A stretch of DNA of 47,697 nt from Eubacteriales bacterium (GCA_045659745.1 JAZRCL010000081.1:1-47697), one strand, 5' to 3'. Numbered from the stretch's first letter, positions 17,918 through 27,527 are shown. Notes: generated by a model not told the origin, from the letters alone. Made by a program: numbers and translations.

Positions 17918-18776
17918 GATACACCTTCCCGAGAATGTTTTTGAGACGCTGAGGGAATACTTCTCGTTTGACTTTGTGTGGTATGCACTTATCGTAGCGA
18001 TACTCGTGTCACTTTGCTCAGCGCTGCTTGGTGTGTCGCTCGTGCTGAAAAGATACTCTATGATAGGAGACGGACTTTCCCACGTAGCATTTGGCGCTGG
18101 AGCGGTCGCGGCAATACTTGGTGTGACGGACAATATGCTGGTCGTTTTGCCAATAACCGTGATAGTCGCGATAATCCTACTCAAGACAAGCTCTGAGGGC
18201 AAGATAAAGGGAGACGCGGCGATAGCAATGCTCTCGGTGGGCGCGCTTTCGGTGGGATATTTACTGCTTAATATCACGAACACGACGTCGTCAAACCTCA
18301 GCGGAGACGTTTGCACCTCGCTTTTTGGCTCAACCTCGATTCTGGCGCTTGACACGACAGACGTTATATCCTGCATAGTCCTCTCACTTATAGTGATAGC
18401 GGTGTTCTTTGTGTTTTACAACAAGATATTTTCCGTCACGTTTGACGAGAGATTTTCAACAGCGACAGGAACTAAAACACAGCTCTACAACCTTCTTATT
18501 GCCGCGGTGACTGCCACGGTGATAGTTGTGGGAATGAAGCTTGTGGGAGCTTTGCTTGTGTCCGCGCTCATAATTTTCCCCGCGCTTTCGGCGATGAGAG
18601 TGTGTAAAAGCTTCAGAGGCGTTATAGGGGTAGCGGCAATTATCTCGGTAGCCTGCTCGGGCATCGGAGTTCTGTCTGCGGTGCTTATCGGCACGCCCGT
18701 GGGTGCGAGTATAGTAGTAATAAACATTATAGTTTTTGGGATTTTTGCCCTCATAGGAAAAATTAAAGGTAGATAA
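17910..18776 (+). CDS. znuB: Metal ABC transporter permease (ZnuB-like)
   Basis: SMIGDGLSHVAFG and KLVGALLVSALIIFPA motifs; ATG 17910 follows GGAGGTG. Confidence 0.9.
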   Translation: MLKIHLPENVFETLREYFSFDFVWYALIVAILVSLCSALLGVSLVLKRYSMIGDGLSHVAFGAGAVAAILGVTDNMLVVLPITVIVAIILLKTSSEGKIKGDAAIAMLSVGALSVGYLLLNITNTTSSNLSGDVCTSLFGSTSILALDTTDVISCIVLSLIVIAVFFVFYNKIFSVTFDERFSTATGTKTQLYNLLIAAVTATVIVVGMKLVGALLVSALIIFPALSAMRVCKSFRGVIGVAAIISVACSGIGVLSAVLIGTPVGASIVVINIIVFGIFALIGKIKGR

Positions 18777-18806
18777 TTAAAGATAATAATTTTAAGGAGA
18801 AATAAA

Positions 18807-20168
18807 ATGACATACGACGTAATAATTATCGGCGCGGGACCCGGCGGAATATTTTCCGCATACGAGCTTGTTAAGCTCAATAAGAACTTAAAGATAGCAG
18901 TTTTCGAGGCGGGACACGCTCTCGCAAAGCGTAAGTGCCCCATCGACGGCAAGAAAATTAAGACCTGCATAGGCTGTAAGTCCTGCTCTATAATGAGCGG
19001 ATTTGGCGGCGCGGGCGCGTTCTCGGACGGAAAGTACAATATAACAAACGACTTCGGCGGCACGCTTTATCAGTACATCGGCAAGGAAGAGGCGCTTGAC
19101 CTTATGAGATACGTTGACGACATCAACATGGCGTACGGCGGAGAGGGAACAAAGCTTTATTCCACCGCAAACACCAAGATAAAGACCGACTGTATCCGCA
19201 ACGACCTGCACCTGCTTGACGCGTCTGTTCGTCATCTCGGCACGGATATAAACTATATCGTTCTTGAAAACCTTTATGATTTTCTCAAGGACAAGGTAGA
19301 GTTTTATTTTGACACTCCTGTGGAGAAGGTTCAAAAGCTTGATGACGGCTATAAGATAACAAGCTCCAAGGGTGAATATGAGTGCAATCAGTGCATAATC
19401 TCGGTCGGTAGAAGCGGAAGCAAGTGGATGGAAACTGTTTGCAGCGACCTTGATATTCCCGTAAAATCCAACCGCGTTGACATCGGCGTACGCGTTGAGC
19501 TTCCCGCGGAGGTGTTCGCTCACCTGACAGACGAGCTTTACGAGAGTAAGATTGTTTACCGCACACCCAAGTATGAGGATAAGGTGCGTACATTCTGTAT
19601 GAACCCCAAGGGAGCGGTAGTTAACGAGAACACAAACGGCATTATTACCGTAAACGGTCACAGCTACGAGGACCCCGCAAAGCAGACAAAGAACACAAAC
19701 TTTGCGCTGCTCGTTGCAAAGCATTTCTCCGAGCCTTTTAAGGATTCCAACGGCTACGGTGAGTCTATCGCAAGACTGAGCAACATGCTCGGCGGCGGTG
19801 TAATATTGCAGAGATTCGGTGACCTTATACGCGGTCAGCGCTCCACTCCCCAGAGAATTAAGGAGTCCTTTGTGACACCTACCTTGAACGCAACCCCCGG
19901 CGACCTCAGCCTTGTGCTTCCCAAGAGAATTCTTGACGGCATTATCGAGATGATATACGCGCTTGATAAGGTCGCTCCCGGTACGGCAAACGACGATACG
20001 CTTCTTTACGGCGTTGAGGTTAAGTTCTACAATATGGAGGTAGAGGTTGACGAGCATCTTCGCGCTATGGATAACCTTTACGTTATCGGAGACGGAAGCG
20101 GAATCACCCACTCGCTCTCCCACGCGTCTGCAAGCGGAGTTTACGTTGCAAGAGAGATTTGTAAATAA
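18807..20168 (+). CDS. FAD/NAD(P)-dependent oxidoreductase, conserved uncharacterised family
   Basis: IIGAGPGG, Cys cluster CIGCKSC, GGAGAFSDGK, VRTFCMNP and GDGSG. Confidence 0.88.
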   Translation: MTYDVIIIGAGPGGIFSAYELVKLNKNLKIAVFEAGHALAKRKCPIDGKKIKTCIGCKSCSIMSGFGGAGAFSDGKYNITNDFGGTLYQYIGKEEALDLMRYVDDINMAYGGEGTKLYSTANTKIKTDCIRNDLHLLDASVRHLGTDINYIVLENLYDFLKDKVEFYFDTPVEKVQKLDDGYKITSSKGEYECNQCIISVGRSGSKWMETVCSDLDIPVKSNRVDIGVRVELPAEVFAHLTDELYESKIVYRTPKYEDKVRTFCMNPKGAVVNENTNGIITVNGHSYEDPAKQTKNTNFALLVAKHFSEPFKDSNGYGESIARLSNMLGGGVILQRFGDLIRGQRSTPQRIKESFVTPTLNATPGDLSLVLPKRILDGIIEMIYALDKVAPGTANDDTLLYGVEVKFYNMEVEVDEHLRAMDNLYVIGDGSGITHSLSHASASGVYVAREICK

Positions 20169-20169
20169 T

Positions 20170-20198
20170 AAAAAAGAGCCACGAAAGTGGCTCTTTTT
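20170..20198. terminator. Bidirectional terminator
   Basis: AAAAAGAGCCAC-GAAA-GTGGCTCTTTTT. Confidence 0.85.
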
Positions 20199-21033
20199 AT
20201 TGCTTTAATCTTTCTGCAAGCTCCATAGGTACTCTGAGATTGCCTCTGCCTGTGCCGAGACTGATGTCTGGCTTTTTTGCGCCGTGGTAGTCGCTACCGC
20301 CACTTTGCTCAAGGTCAAATTCTTTTGCGATTTCTATAGAACGCTGAATCTGCTCGGGGGAATATTTGGAGTACAGAGTTTCCATTCCCACAAGTCCGCG
20401 CGCCTTTGCCTGCGGCAAAAATTCAAGCAGAGTTTCCTCGTCAAGGCTCAAAAACGGGTGTGCAAGCACGGGTACTGCGCCCGTTTGTGTGATAAATTCT
20501 ATCACGTCAAGCGCGTCGGGTCGGAGCGGGGGAGTGTAATATTTGTTTGAGGGACTGAGAAGTGTGCGGAACGCCTCCTTGTAGTCTTCGGTATATCCAA
20601 GGCGCGTAAGCTCCGCGGCAAAATGCGCGCGGTTAATATATCCATCGGGGATTTTGGCTCGCATCTCGGCGTAGTTGACGGCGTATCCGTCGGCGTTGAG
20701 TGCTGAAGCGAGGTCTATATTGCTTTGCTCCTTGCGGGTCTCAAAATCTCCCGCGAATTCCTGCATTTTAGGTATGCTCTCCTCGGGGATAAAAAGTCCG
20801 AGAATATGAAGCTCGCGGTCACAATATTCGCTTGTAAGCTCTATTCCGCGTATGGCGAGAATGTTACGACCCTCCACCGCGGACATAAATTCGGACAGAC
20901 CTCGCGTGGTGTTGTGGTCGCAGAGGGCTATTGCCGAGAGCCCAAGGTTGACTGCCATATCTATAAGCTTACTTGGTGAGTCCGAGCCGTCGGAATAATA
21001 TGAATGTGTGTGCAGATCACAAAAGCCCTTCAT
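20197..21033 (-). CDS. PHP-domain metal-dependent phosphoesterase (TrpH/YciV-like)
   Basis: DLHTHSYYSDG, LCDHN, GIE, LHILG, LAHP and GGSDYHG. Confidence 0.92.
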   Translation of the reverse strand: MKGFCDLHTHSYYSDGSDSPSKLIDMAVNLGLSAIALCDHNTTRGLSEFMSAVEGRNILAIRGIELTSEYCDRELHILGLFIPEESIPKMQEFAGDFETRKEQSNIDLASALNADGYAVNYAEMRAKIPDGYINRAHFAAELTRLGYTEDYKEAFRTLLSPSNKYYTPPLRPDALDVIEFITQTGAVPVLAHPFLSLDEETLLEFLPQAKARGLVGMETLYSKYSPEQIQRSIEIAKEFDLEQSGGSDYHGAKKPDISLGTGRGNLRVPMELAERLKQ

Positions 21034-21095
21034 TTTTCGCCCTCCTTTGTGTGTTATATACCTATTATACCACGGTTTGCGGAAAAAATCAATGC

Positions 21096-21126
21096 AAAAA
21101 AGGTCTCCCGAATTTTCGGGAGACCT
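21096..21126 (-). terminator. Terminator after the nucleoside kinase gene
   Basis: AGGTCTCCCGAA-TT-TTCGGGAGACCT with an A run on the plus strand (U tract on minus). Confidence 0.75.
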
Positions 21127-21131
21127 AAATT

Positions 21132-23186
21132 TTATTTCCTATAAAACGCGTTTCCGCCGATAAACTCACGCACGATGCTCGTGGGAGGGATCTCGTCGTC
21201 AACGTCTGCCTCGTGGACATAGTTGAGTATCTTTACCATGGCGCGCACTTGATCGTAGCACTCGTCGCCGGGCTGAATTTCCGTCAGAAGCGGGAAGATG
21301 TGCTTTTTGATAACTGCAAGCTCGTAAAGGGTTGAGCTGTTGAATATAACGTCCGCATTCTCTTGGAACGGGAATATCCATCTTTCCTCGCCGCGACGGA
21401 CAGAATCCCACATTGAAAGCGTTCTCTGTACCGACGCGCCTCGGGTTTCAAAGTCGCGCACCGTACGGCGCAAAAGTCTCAGGTAGCTTGACGCGATTCT
21501 GTTGTGGTCGTCAAGATTAAGCGGGAGTAGAGGGGAGACGTACATTCTAAATATAAGATTAGGCTCAAGATCTGTGGGGAGCAGAGTAGGATTCAGTCCG
21601 TGCAGACCTTCAACTATAATGACGGAATCATCATTCAAATGAAGCTTATGTCCTGCCCACTCGCGCTTGCCTGTTTTGAAATTAAAGGTGGGGAGTTCAA
21701 CCTCCTGACCCGCAAAAAGCGCCTTGAGGTGCTTGCCAAACAGCTCTGTATCAATTGTGTTGATATGTTCAAGGTCAAGCTTGCCGTCGGGGCCGGGAGC
21801 TATCTTATCTCTGTCTATATAGTAGTCGTCAAGGCTCATAAGAATTGGCATTTTTCCGTGACCGCGAAGTTGTGTTGCAAGTCTGTTAGCGCTTGTCGTC
21901 TTACCTGACGAGCTGGGGCCCGCAAGCATAACTGCCTTTGCGCCACGCTCGCAAATCATATCCGCAATCTGTGAAAATCTCTTTTCATGCAGAGCTTCGT
22001 TGACGCGTATAAGCTCGCGTATTTTGCCTGAATCAACAAGCTCGTTAAGGTCTGCCACGGTTTCGCAACCCATCAGCTCGCCCCAACGCTTGCCCTCGGT
22101 ATAGACGCTAAAGAAATTGGGCATCTCGTGATAGCTTGATATTTTGTCGGGGTCATGTGGGTCGGGAAAGACGAATATAAAGCCCTCGGTGGCGGGGAGT
22201 ATATCCCACGAGCGCAAAAACGACGTCGTAGGAGCCATCTCGCCGTAAAAATAGTCCGCGAAATCTCCGTTTTCATATACATCGAGAGTTGCTTTTTTGC
22301 GATAGGTTAAAAGACGTGCCTTGTCGGTCTGACCCTGCGAGGTATAGTATTCTATCGCTTGAGACGTGGGGATGCGGCGTCTGTGAAGTGTGATATTTTC
22401 GGCAACTATCTTCCATACCTCTTCCTTGAGCTTTTCAGCCGAAAAATCGGTAGCGCCGACCACCTTAACGTACAGTCCCGCGCCCACTGTACAAGCCATT
22501 TTCGCGCGAGCCTCGGGCCAGAGTCTGCGGATAGCCAAGAATAGCACAAACTGCGCCGTGCGCCTATAAGCGTCGCGTCCTGTGGGATCGCTGTAACGAA
22601 TCAGCGTCACCGTTCCGTCGGACGCCGCCATAGCCTTTCGAACCGAGCCGCGCTCGGGGGTGTCGATGTCCTTTTGACGAACGGGGATGTAATTGAGCGT
22701 AAAGACGCGTCCCGCGATCTTTGCGGCTATAGGGTCTGTGGACAGTTTTCCCGTGACAAGCCCAAGATCCTTTACCATATCGTATAAAGACTGGTCGGGC
22801 TTTGGAATATATGCGTTGTTATCAATAGTCAAAGTCATTTGAGTTTTTTCTCCTTTCGTAGTCTGCTCGGGTTGAGGCTTTTCGGGTTGAGGGGCGGGTG
22901 CGCCCTCAATAGCCGTATCCTCGGCAGCTTCTGCCTGCTGACGCTCGCGCTTTCTGCGGCGCAGCTCGCGTATTACTTGAAATATATTTATAATGATAAG
23001 GCAAATATTCATTATAACTACCGCCCACGCGCCGTAAAACACGGAATATATCGCGCTTATCACGCCGCCGCATATATTTATAATGCGGAGCTTTAAGACG
23101 GAAGTCATCATCATAGATATTATGACGAGAGCTGTGCCAACGTAACCGAAAATTTCAAGATATATATTTACATCTGAACCAAACAT
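21132..23186 (-). CDS. Fusion of a YgjV-like membrane domain, ThrRS-N-like domain and uridine-kinase-like nucleoside kinase
   Basis: aa 1-75 have ~3 TMs (EIFGYVGTALVIISMMM..KLRIIN); kinase motifs AGPSSSGKTT, SLDDYY, VEGLHGLN, RR.VRD..TRG and GEERWIFPFQ. Confidence 0.85.
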   Translation of the reverse strand: MFGSDVNIYLEIFGYVGTALVIISMMMTSVLKLRIINICGGVISAIYSVFYGAWAVVIMNICLIIINIFQVIRELRRRKRERQQAEAAEDTAIEGAPAPQPEKPQPEQTTKGEKTQMTLTIDNNAYIPKPDQSLYDMVKDLGLVTGKLSTDPIAAKIAGRVFTLNYIPVRQKDIDTPERGSVRKAMAASDGTVTLIRYSDPTGRDAYRRTAQFVLFLAIRRLWPEARAKMACTVGAGLYVKVVGATDFSAEKLKEEVWKIVAENITLHRRRIPTSQAIEYYTSQGQTDKARLLTYRKKATLDVYENGDFADYFYGEMAPTTSFLRSWDILPATEGFIFVFPDPHDPDKISSYHEMPNFFSVYTEGKRWGELMGCETVADLNELVDSGKIRELIRVNEALHEKRFSQIADMICERGAKAVMLAGPSSSGKTTSANRLATQLRGHGKMPILMSLDDYYIDRDKIAPGPDGKLDLEHINTIDTELFGKHLKALFAGQEVELPTFNFKTGKREWAGHKLHLNDDSVIIVEGLHGLNPTLLPTDLEPNLIFRMYVSPLLPLNLDDHNRIASSYLRLLRRTVRDFETRGASVQRTLSMWDSVRRGEERWIFPFQENADVIFNSSTLYELAVIKKHIFPLLTEIQPGDECYDQVRAMVKILNYVHEADVDDEIPPTSIVREFIGGNAFYRK

Positions 23187-23204
23187 AATAAAATCCTCCT
23201 AAAC

Positions 23205-23305
23205 AAAAAATATGGCTGGCTATCGGTGAAACTTAAACCGGTAGTCAACCATTATCGGTGGTTTGTAGAAACGTCTGCCCGTATTGCAGACTTATACCTG
23301 AACTC
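23205..23305 (-). ncRNA. Purine (guanine-type, C74) riboswitch aptamer with overlapping terminator
   Basis: Minus strand reads CAGGUAUAA-GUCUGC-AAUACGG-GCAGAC-GUUUCUAC-AAACCA-CCGAUAA-UGGUUG-ACUACCGG, matching the purine aptamer consensus; followed by a hairpin plus U6. Confidence 0.9.
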
Positions 23306-23338
23306 GTAAATTTGTGCGTCTCCTTAACGCGTTTGTTT

Positions 23339-23367
23339 ATTGTAGCACATTTTGAACAAAATGTCAA
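23339..23367 (-). promoter_or_regulatory. SigmaA promoter for the riboswitch-kinase transcript
   Basis: Minus strand TTGACA-17 nt-TACAAT. Confidence 0.75.
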
Positions 23368-23568
23368 GAGGCTTTTTCAAATTTTTGTGAAAATTATCAA
23401 AAAATAACCATCGGTGCGCTTCATTACGCTTAGTTTAGACCCACCGCGGGGTATTCTGCGGTATTTAGAATATTTTTACAACAAAAAAAACTTACTCTTT
23501 AACAAAATGTTCACCAAAATATACTGCGTATATGATACAATAATATAACCAAAAGAGAGGAGAGTTTT

Positions 23569-25029
23569 ATGAAGGAAAAACACGGAGGAAAATTTAAGAT
23601 AATTTTAACCTTCGCAGTACTGTTTGCAGTAGTTTCGGTGCTATTGCTTTTGGTATTTTTCGCAGGAAAAAAGACGCATATCGTGCACTTTGACCTTGAT
23701 GGCGGTACCCTTATCAGCGGCTCTCTTGAACAGCACGTGACTCAAGGACAGGACGCCACACCGCCCACAGCGGTAAAGGACGGAGCATATCTCCGTGGCT
23801 GGAGCACATCATACAAGCAGATAACCAAGGACGTTGTAATAAGGGCGATCTGGGAATACGAGACCACCCCCGGAATTATATATTCGAGTGGATCCAATCA
23901 GAATTTTGTTGAGATTGCTGGTGCATATGAATACATACGCGGCGAGATTTATCTCGGTGCTTATTATGGCGACAAAAAGGTGCTTGGAATACGTGATTCT
24001 GCGTTTGCGGATTGCGATGGAATAACAAAGGTTTATCTTCTTGACGGACTTTTGTCCATTGGCAATGGCGCATTTTCCGGTTGTACCGCGCTTGAGTCGT
24101 TAGAGATACCCGAGACGGTGACTCATATTGGCAACGGAGTGTTTTTAGGTTGTGAATCTCTTGAGATGCTCACTCTGAACAAAGGTCTTTTGGAAATAGG
24201 TGACAACGCGTTTGAGGGTTGCGCTAAGCTTGAGAAGATAGTGATACCCGAAACTGTGACACATATCGGAGCGGGCGCGTTCAAAAATTGCACATCGCTT
24301 AAAGAAATAGTTATTCCCGAAACAGTCACCCATATAGGCGAGGGGGCGTTTGAGGGATGTGAGTCGCTTGAGGTCGTTATCTTTAACAATCAGCCTACCG
24401 AGATAGCAAACAGTTCGTTTGTAGGCTGTACTTCGCTCAAACAAATTGTTATTCCCGAGACCGTGACGCTTATTGGCGTCGGTGCGTTCAGGGGCTGTGA
24501 GGCACTTGAGACGCTCGTGCTCAGCGAGGGGCTCCTTGAAATAGGAAGAGCTGCTTTTTCTGATTGTGTGGGGCTTGAGGAGATTGTATTACCCGAGAGT
24601 CTTGAAAAAATAGGCTATAACGCCTTTAACGGTTGTGAGAATCTTACAATAACCGTAACGCACGTTGAGGGTAAAAATTACGATGGCTGGATCGGAGGCT
24701 GGTGCGGAGACGCAGAGGTAATACTGCCCGAGGGCTTAACAAGAGAAGACCTGAATTTAGACAGAACAAACTTGGAAGTTTTCCCCGGCATAGTTCAAAG
24801 ACCGGGACAGATATGGCCCGAAGGCGCTATCAAACCCGGATTTGACATAGAGATAAACCCTGATGACTCAACCGAGTCTGAGGACACGGAAACACCCGAG
24901 ATCGACACGGAAAAGCTTCCCGCAGGACAGATAAAACCCGGAACAGGCAAAGAAAGCTTTATTGAAGGACTGACAAGACCTAAACTTGAACTTGAAACAG
25001 ACGAGTCCGGCGAGCCGACAGATGAATAA
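23569..25029 (+). CDS. BspA-type leucine-rich-repeat surface protein with InlB-B-repeat-like N domain
   Basis: N-terminal TM; VHFDLDGG..P..KDG..GW..IRAIW; multiple 23-aa L..I.IPETVTHIG.GAF.GC repeats (~24000-24640). Confidence 0.9.
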   Translation: MKEKHGGKFKIILTFAVLFAVVSVLLLLVFFAGKKTHIVHFDLDGGTLISGSLEQHVTQGQDATPPTAVKDGAYLRGWSTSYKQITKDVVIRAIWEYETTPGIIYSSGSNQNFVEIAGAYEYIRGEIYLGAYYGDKKVLGIRDSAFADCDGITKVYLLDGLLSIGNGAFSGCTALESLEIPETVTHIGNGVFLGCESLEMLTLNKGLLEIGDNAFEGCAKLEKIVIPETVTHIGAGAFKNCTSLKEIVIPETVTHIGEGAFEGCESLEVVIFNNQPTEIANSSFVGCTSLKQIVIPETVTLIGVGAFRGCEALETLVLSEGLLEIGRAAFSDCVGLEEIVLPESLEKIGYNAFNGCENLTITVTHVEGKNYDGWIGGWCGDAEVILPEGLTREDLNLDRTNLEVFPGIVQRPGQIWPEGAIKPGFDIEINPDDSTESEDTETPEIDTEKLPAGQIKPGTGKESFIEGLTRPKLELETDESGEPTDE

Positions 25030-25041
25030 GGGGGCGAGAGA

Positions 25042-25788
25042 ATGCACATAATGCACATGCTCGGGATAATCTCCCTTATCTTCTTGGCGTCGCTGTTCCT
25101 GATGTGTATATTCCGCGACAAGCTTAATCACCCTATTGTAAATCCATTACTTATATGTGCGTGTGCAATATTTATGTTCTCCTGGACGTATGCGATGTAT
25201 GAGCACAACGGACTTAAGGGCGGATTTATGACGTTTGATAACATAAGCCCATATATCTGTACCGTTATACCGCTCACACCGCTTATGAACAAAAAGGTGA
25301 GAGATTTTGCTTACTGCGCGATGGCCTTTCTTGGATTTGGCATGTTTGTGGCTATGTTTGTCAGCCCTGAGGTTGAGTATATTTTAAGATACAGTCACGA
25401 TGCAAAATTTATACACGTGACTGAGGCAGCATGTCACCTTATTATGGGGATTTACGGATTTTATCTGATACTTTCAAACAAAGTCAAGATAAATCTCAAG
25501 AACCTTGCAAAGGGCTTGGTGTTTATCTATGCGTCGATAGGCTTTGGAATGTTTCTTAACTTCTTCTTCCACCGTTCTTATTTCGGTATGAACATGTACG
25601 GAAATCACTCTATATACTTTATGGACATATTCGGCAGCTTTGGAGCAACGCTTGCGGCATATCTGTTAGGAGTGCTTTTCACAATATTGGTTGGATATTT
25701 TGTTGGAATGTTTTTGGATTGGCTCAGCCGACCCAAGCATAAGCCGTCGGGAACTCAGGAAATAACACAAGAAACAACACAAGAATAA
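25042..25788 (+). CDS. Multi-pass integral membrane protein (YwaF-like)
   Basis: About seven hydrophobic segments; 12 bp downstream of the LRR gene with a GGGGG RBS. Confidence 0.7.
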   Translation: MHIMHMLGIISLIFLASLFLMCIFRDKLNHPIVNPLLICACAIFMFSWTYAMYEHNGLKGGFMTFDNISPYICTVIPLTPLMNKKVRDFAYCAMAFLGFGMFVAMFVSPEVEYILRYSHDAKFIHVTEAACHLIMGIYGFYLILSNKVKINLKNLAKGLVFIYASIGFGMFLNFFFHRSYFGMNMYGNHSIYFMDIFGSFGATLAAYLLGVLFTILVGYFVGMFLDWLSRPKHKPSGTQEITQETTQE

Positions 25789-25789
25789 T

Positions 25790-25816
25790 AAAAGGACACC
25801 TGAGGGTGTCCTTTTT
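25790..25816. terminator. Bidirectional terminator with AAGGACACC/GGTGTCCTT core
   Basis: AAAAGGACACC-TGAG-GGTGTCCTTTTT. Confidence 0.8.
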
Positions 25817-25827
25817 GTGTACCTTTA

Positions 25828-27372
25828 TTACAGCACATCGGTCGCAAGTCGCTCGACCTCGAGTCCTTTTTTGTATTTTTCCATAAAGGCGGAGAAGGAT
25901 TTTTGCTCCGACTTACTTGCAGACACGGTGGTCTTCTGCGCATCTTTGAATATTCCGTCGAGGAAGCTCTCAAAGTTATGTTCGCCGAGGTGTGCAAACA
26001 AAGCAAGAACCGCAATACCCCATGCGCCGCCCTCGCCTGCGTTTTGCATGACTGTCACGGGGGCGCCGATAGCTGCAGACATTGCGCTCTGTCCGACGAA
26101 GGGGGATTTGAAAAATCCGCCGTGACCGCATACGCTGTCTATCTGCACGTCCTCCTTATGCAGCATCTCGCAGCCAAGCGCGAGAGAGCCGAGCGCGGAG
26201 TATATATGCATTTTCATAAAGTTTGCCAGTGTCAGCTTGCCGTCGGAGGCTCGGACTATCAGAGGAGCGCCGCTTGCCACGTTCACTATCGGCTCACCTG
26301 CAAGGAAGTTGTAGCCCACAAGTCCGCCGCAGTCCTCATCTCCCTCAAGAGACTTTGCGTACAGCGCGTCAAACAGGGCTCCACGGCTTATATTGCCGCC
26401 ACCGAGCGTTATCACTTCTTCAAAAAGATTTGTCCATGCGGTTATTTCTGATGCGAAGTTGTTGACATGAACCATCGCAACGGGTGCGCCGTGGGGCGTG
26501 GTGACAACGTCTATTTCTTTGTAGTAGGAGCTGAGATTCTTTTCAAGCACCGCCATAAGGAAGCCAGACGTTCCCGCGGAGACGTTTGCGGTTCTGGGAG
26601 TCACACTGTTTGTAGCCACCATTCCCGTGCCCGCGTCACCCTCAGGAGGGCAGAGCATACAGCCTGCTGCAAGCTTTCCCGTGGGATCAAGCCACTTTGC
26701 ACCCTCTGCAGTGAGCGTTCCCGCGTTTTCTCCCGCAACAAGCACCTTGGGGAGAATGTTCTCAAAGGGAGTGTCAATGCCTTTTTGCTTCAATAGGGTA
26801 TTGAATTTGCAAAGCATATCATTATCGTAATCATTGTTATTTATGGGGAACATACCCGACGCGTCACCTACACCGAGCACCTTTTTGCCTGTGAGCTTAT
26901 AGTGAACGTAGCCTGCAAGCGTTGTGAGGAAGATGACGCTTTTGACGTGCGCTTCACCGCTCAGTATTGCCTGATAGTAGTGCGACACGCTCCAACGCAT
27001 AGGAACGTTAAACTCAAAAAGCTCCGTAAGCTCATCAGCCGCTTTTTCGGTGTTGGTGTTTCTCCAGGTTCTGAACGGAGCGAGGAGGTTGTCGTTTTTG
27101 TCAAATGCGAGGTATCCGTGCATCATACCCGAAATACCGATAGATGATATTTCTCTAAGCTCTTCCCCGAATTTCGATTTATAGTCAGCGGCGAGATTTG
27201 CAAAGCTGGTCTGCATTCCGCATTCAACATCCTCAAGAGAATACGACCAAAGACCGTCGACAAGCATGTTTTCCCATTCGTATGAGCCCTGTGCGATAGC
27301 CTTTGCGTTATCGTCCACAAGAACAGCCTTTATTCTTGTCGAGCCAAGCTCGATTCCTAATATTTTTTTCAT
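25828..27372 (-). CDS. FGGY-family pentulose kinase (ribulokinase/xylulokinase-like)
   Basis: LGIELGSTRIK, GISGMMHGY, FRTWRN, GDASGMFP, PPEGDAGTG, HGGFFK and EGGAWG. Confidence 0.88.
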   Translation of the reverse strand: MKKILGIELGSTRIKAVLVDDNAKAIAQGSYEWENMLVDGLWSYSLEDVECGMQTSFANLAADYKSKFGEELREISSIGISGMMHGYLAFDKNDNLLAPFRTWRNTNTEKAADELTELFEFNVPMRWSVSHYYQAILSGEAHVKSVIFLTTLAGYVHYKLTGKKVLGVGDASGMFPINNNDYDNDMLCKFNTLLKQKGIDTPFENILPKVLVAGENAGTLTAEGAKWLDPTGKLAAGCMLCPPEGDAGTGMVATNSVTPRTANVSAGTSGFLMAVLEKNLSSYYKEIDVVTTPHGAPVAMVHVNNFASEITAWTNLFEEVITLGGGNISRGALFDALYAKSLEGDEDCGGLVGYNFLAGEPIVNVASGAPLIVRASDGKLTLANFMKMHIYSALGSLALGCEMLHKEDVQIDSVCGHGGFFKSPFVGQSAMSAAIGAPVTVMQNAGEGGAWGIAVLALFAHLGEHNFESFLDGIFKDAQKTTVSASKSEQKSFSAFMEKYKKGLEVERLATDVL

Positions 27373-27490
27373 AAATACTCCTTGTTTGAGATTTGTAAAA
27401 TATCTACTGATTTATTATAGCATAGATTCGGTGGTTTGTAAAGGGGAGGGGAAGCGGGGGATATTTTCATGTGAAGATTTTTGAATGATT

Positions 27491-27527
27491 AAAGGGCTAT
27501 CCGTGATATTAGCGCGGATAGCCCTTT
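27491..27527 (-). terminator. Hairpin terminator after the GntR regulator
   Basis: AAAGGGCTATCCG...CGGATAGCCCTTT. Confidence 0.7.

Noticed and set aside
18888-20123. 411-aa antisense ORF
   Set aside because: Lies entirely opposite a well-conserved oxidoreductase; codon-bias shadow with no motifs or RBS
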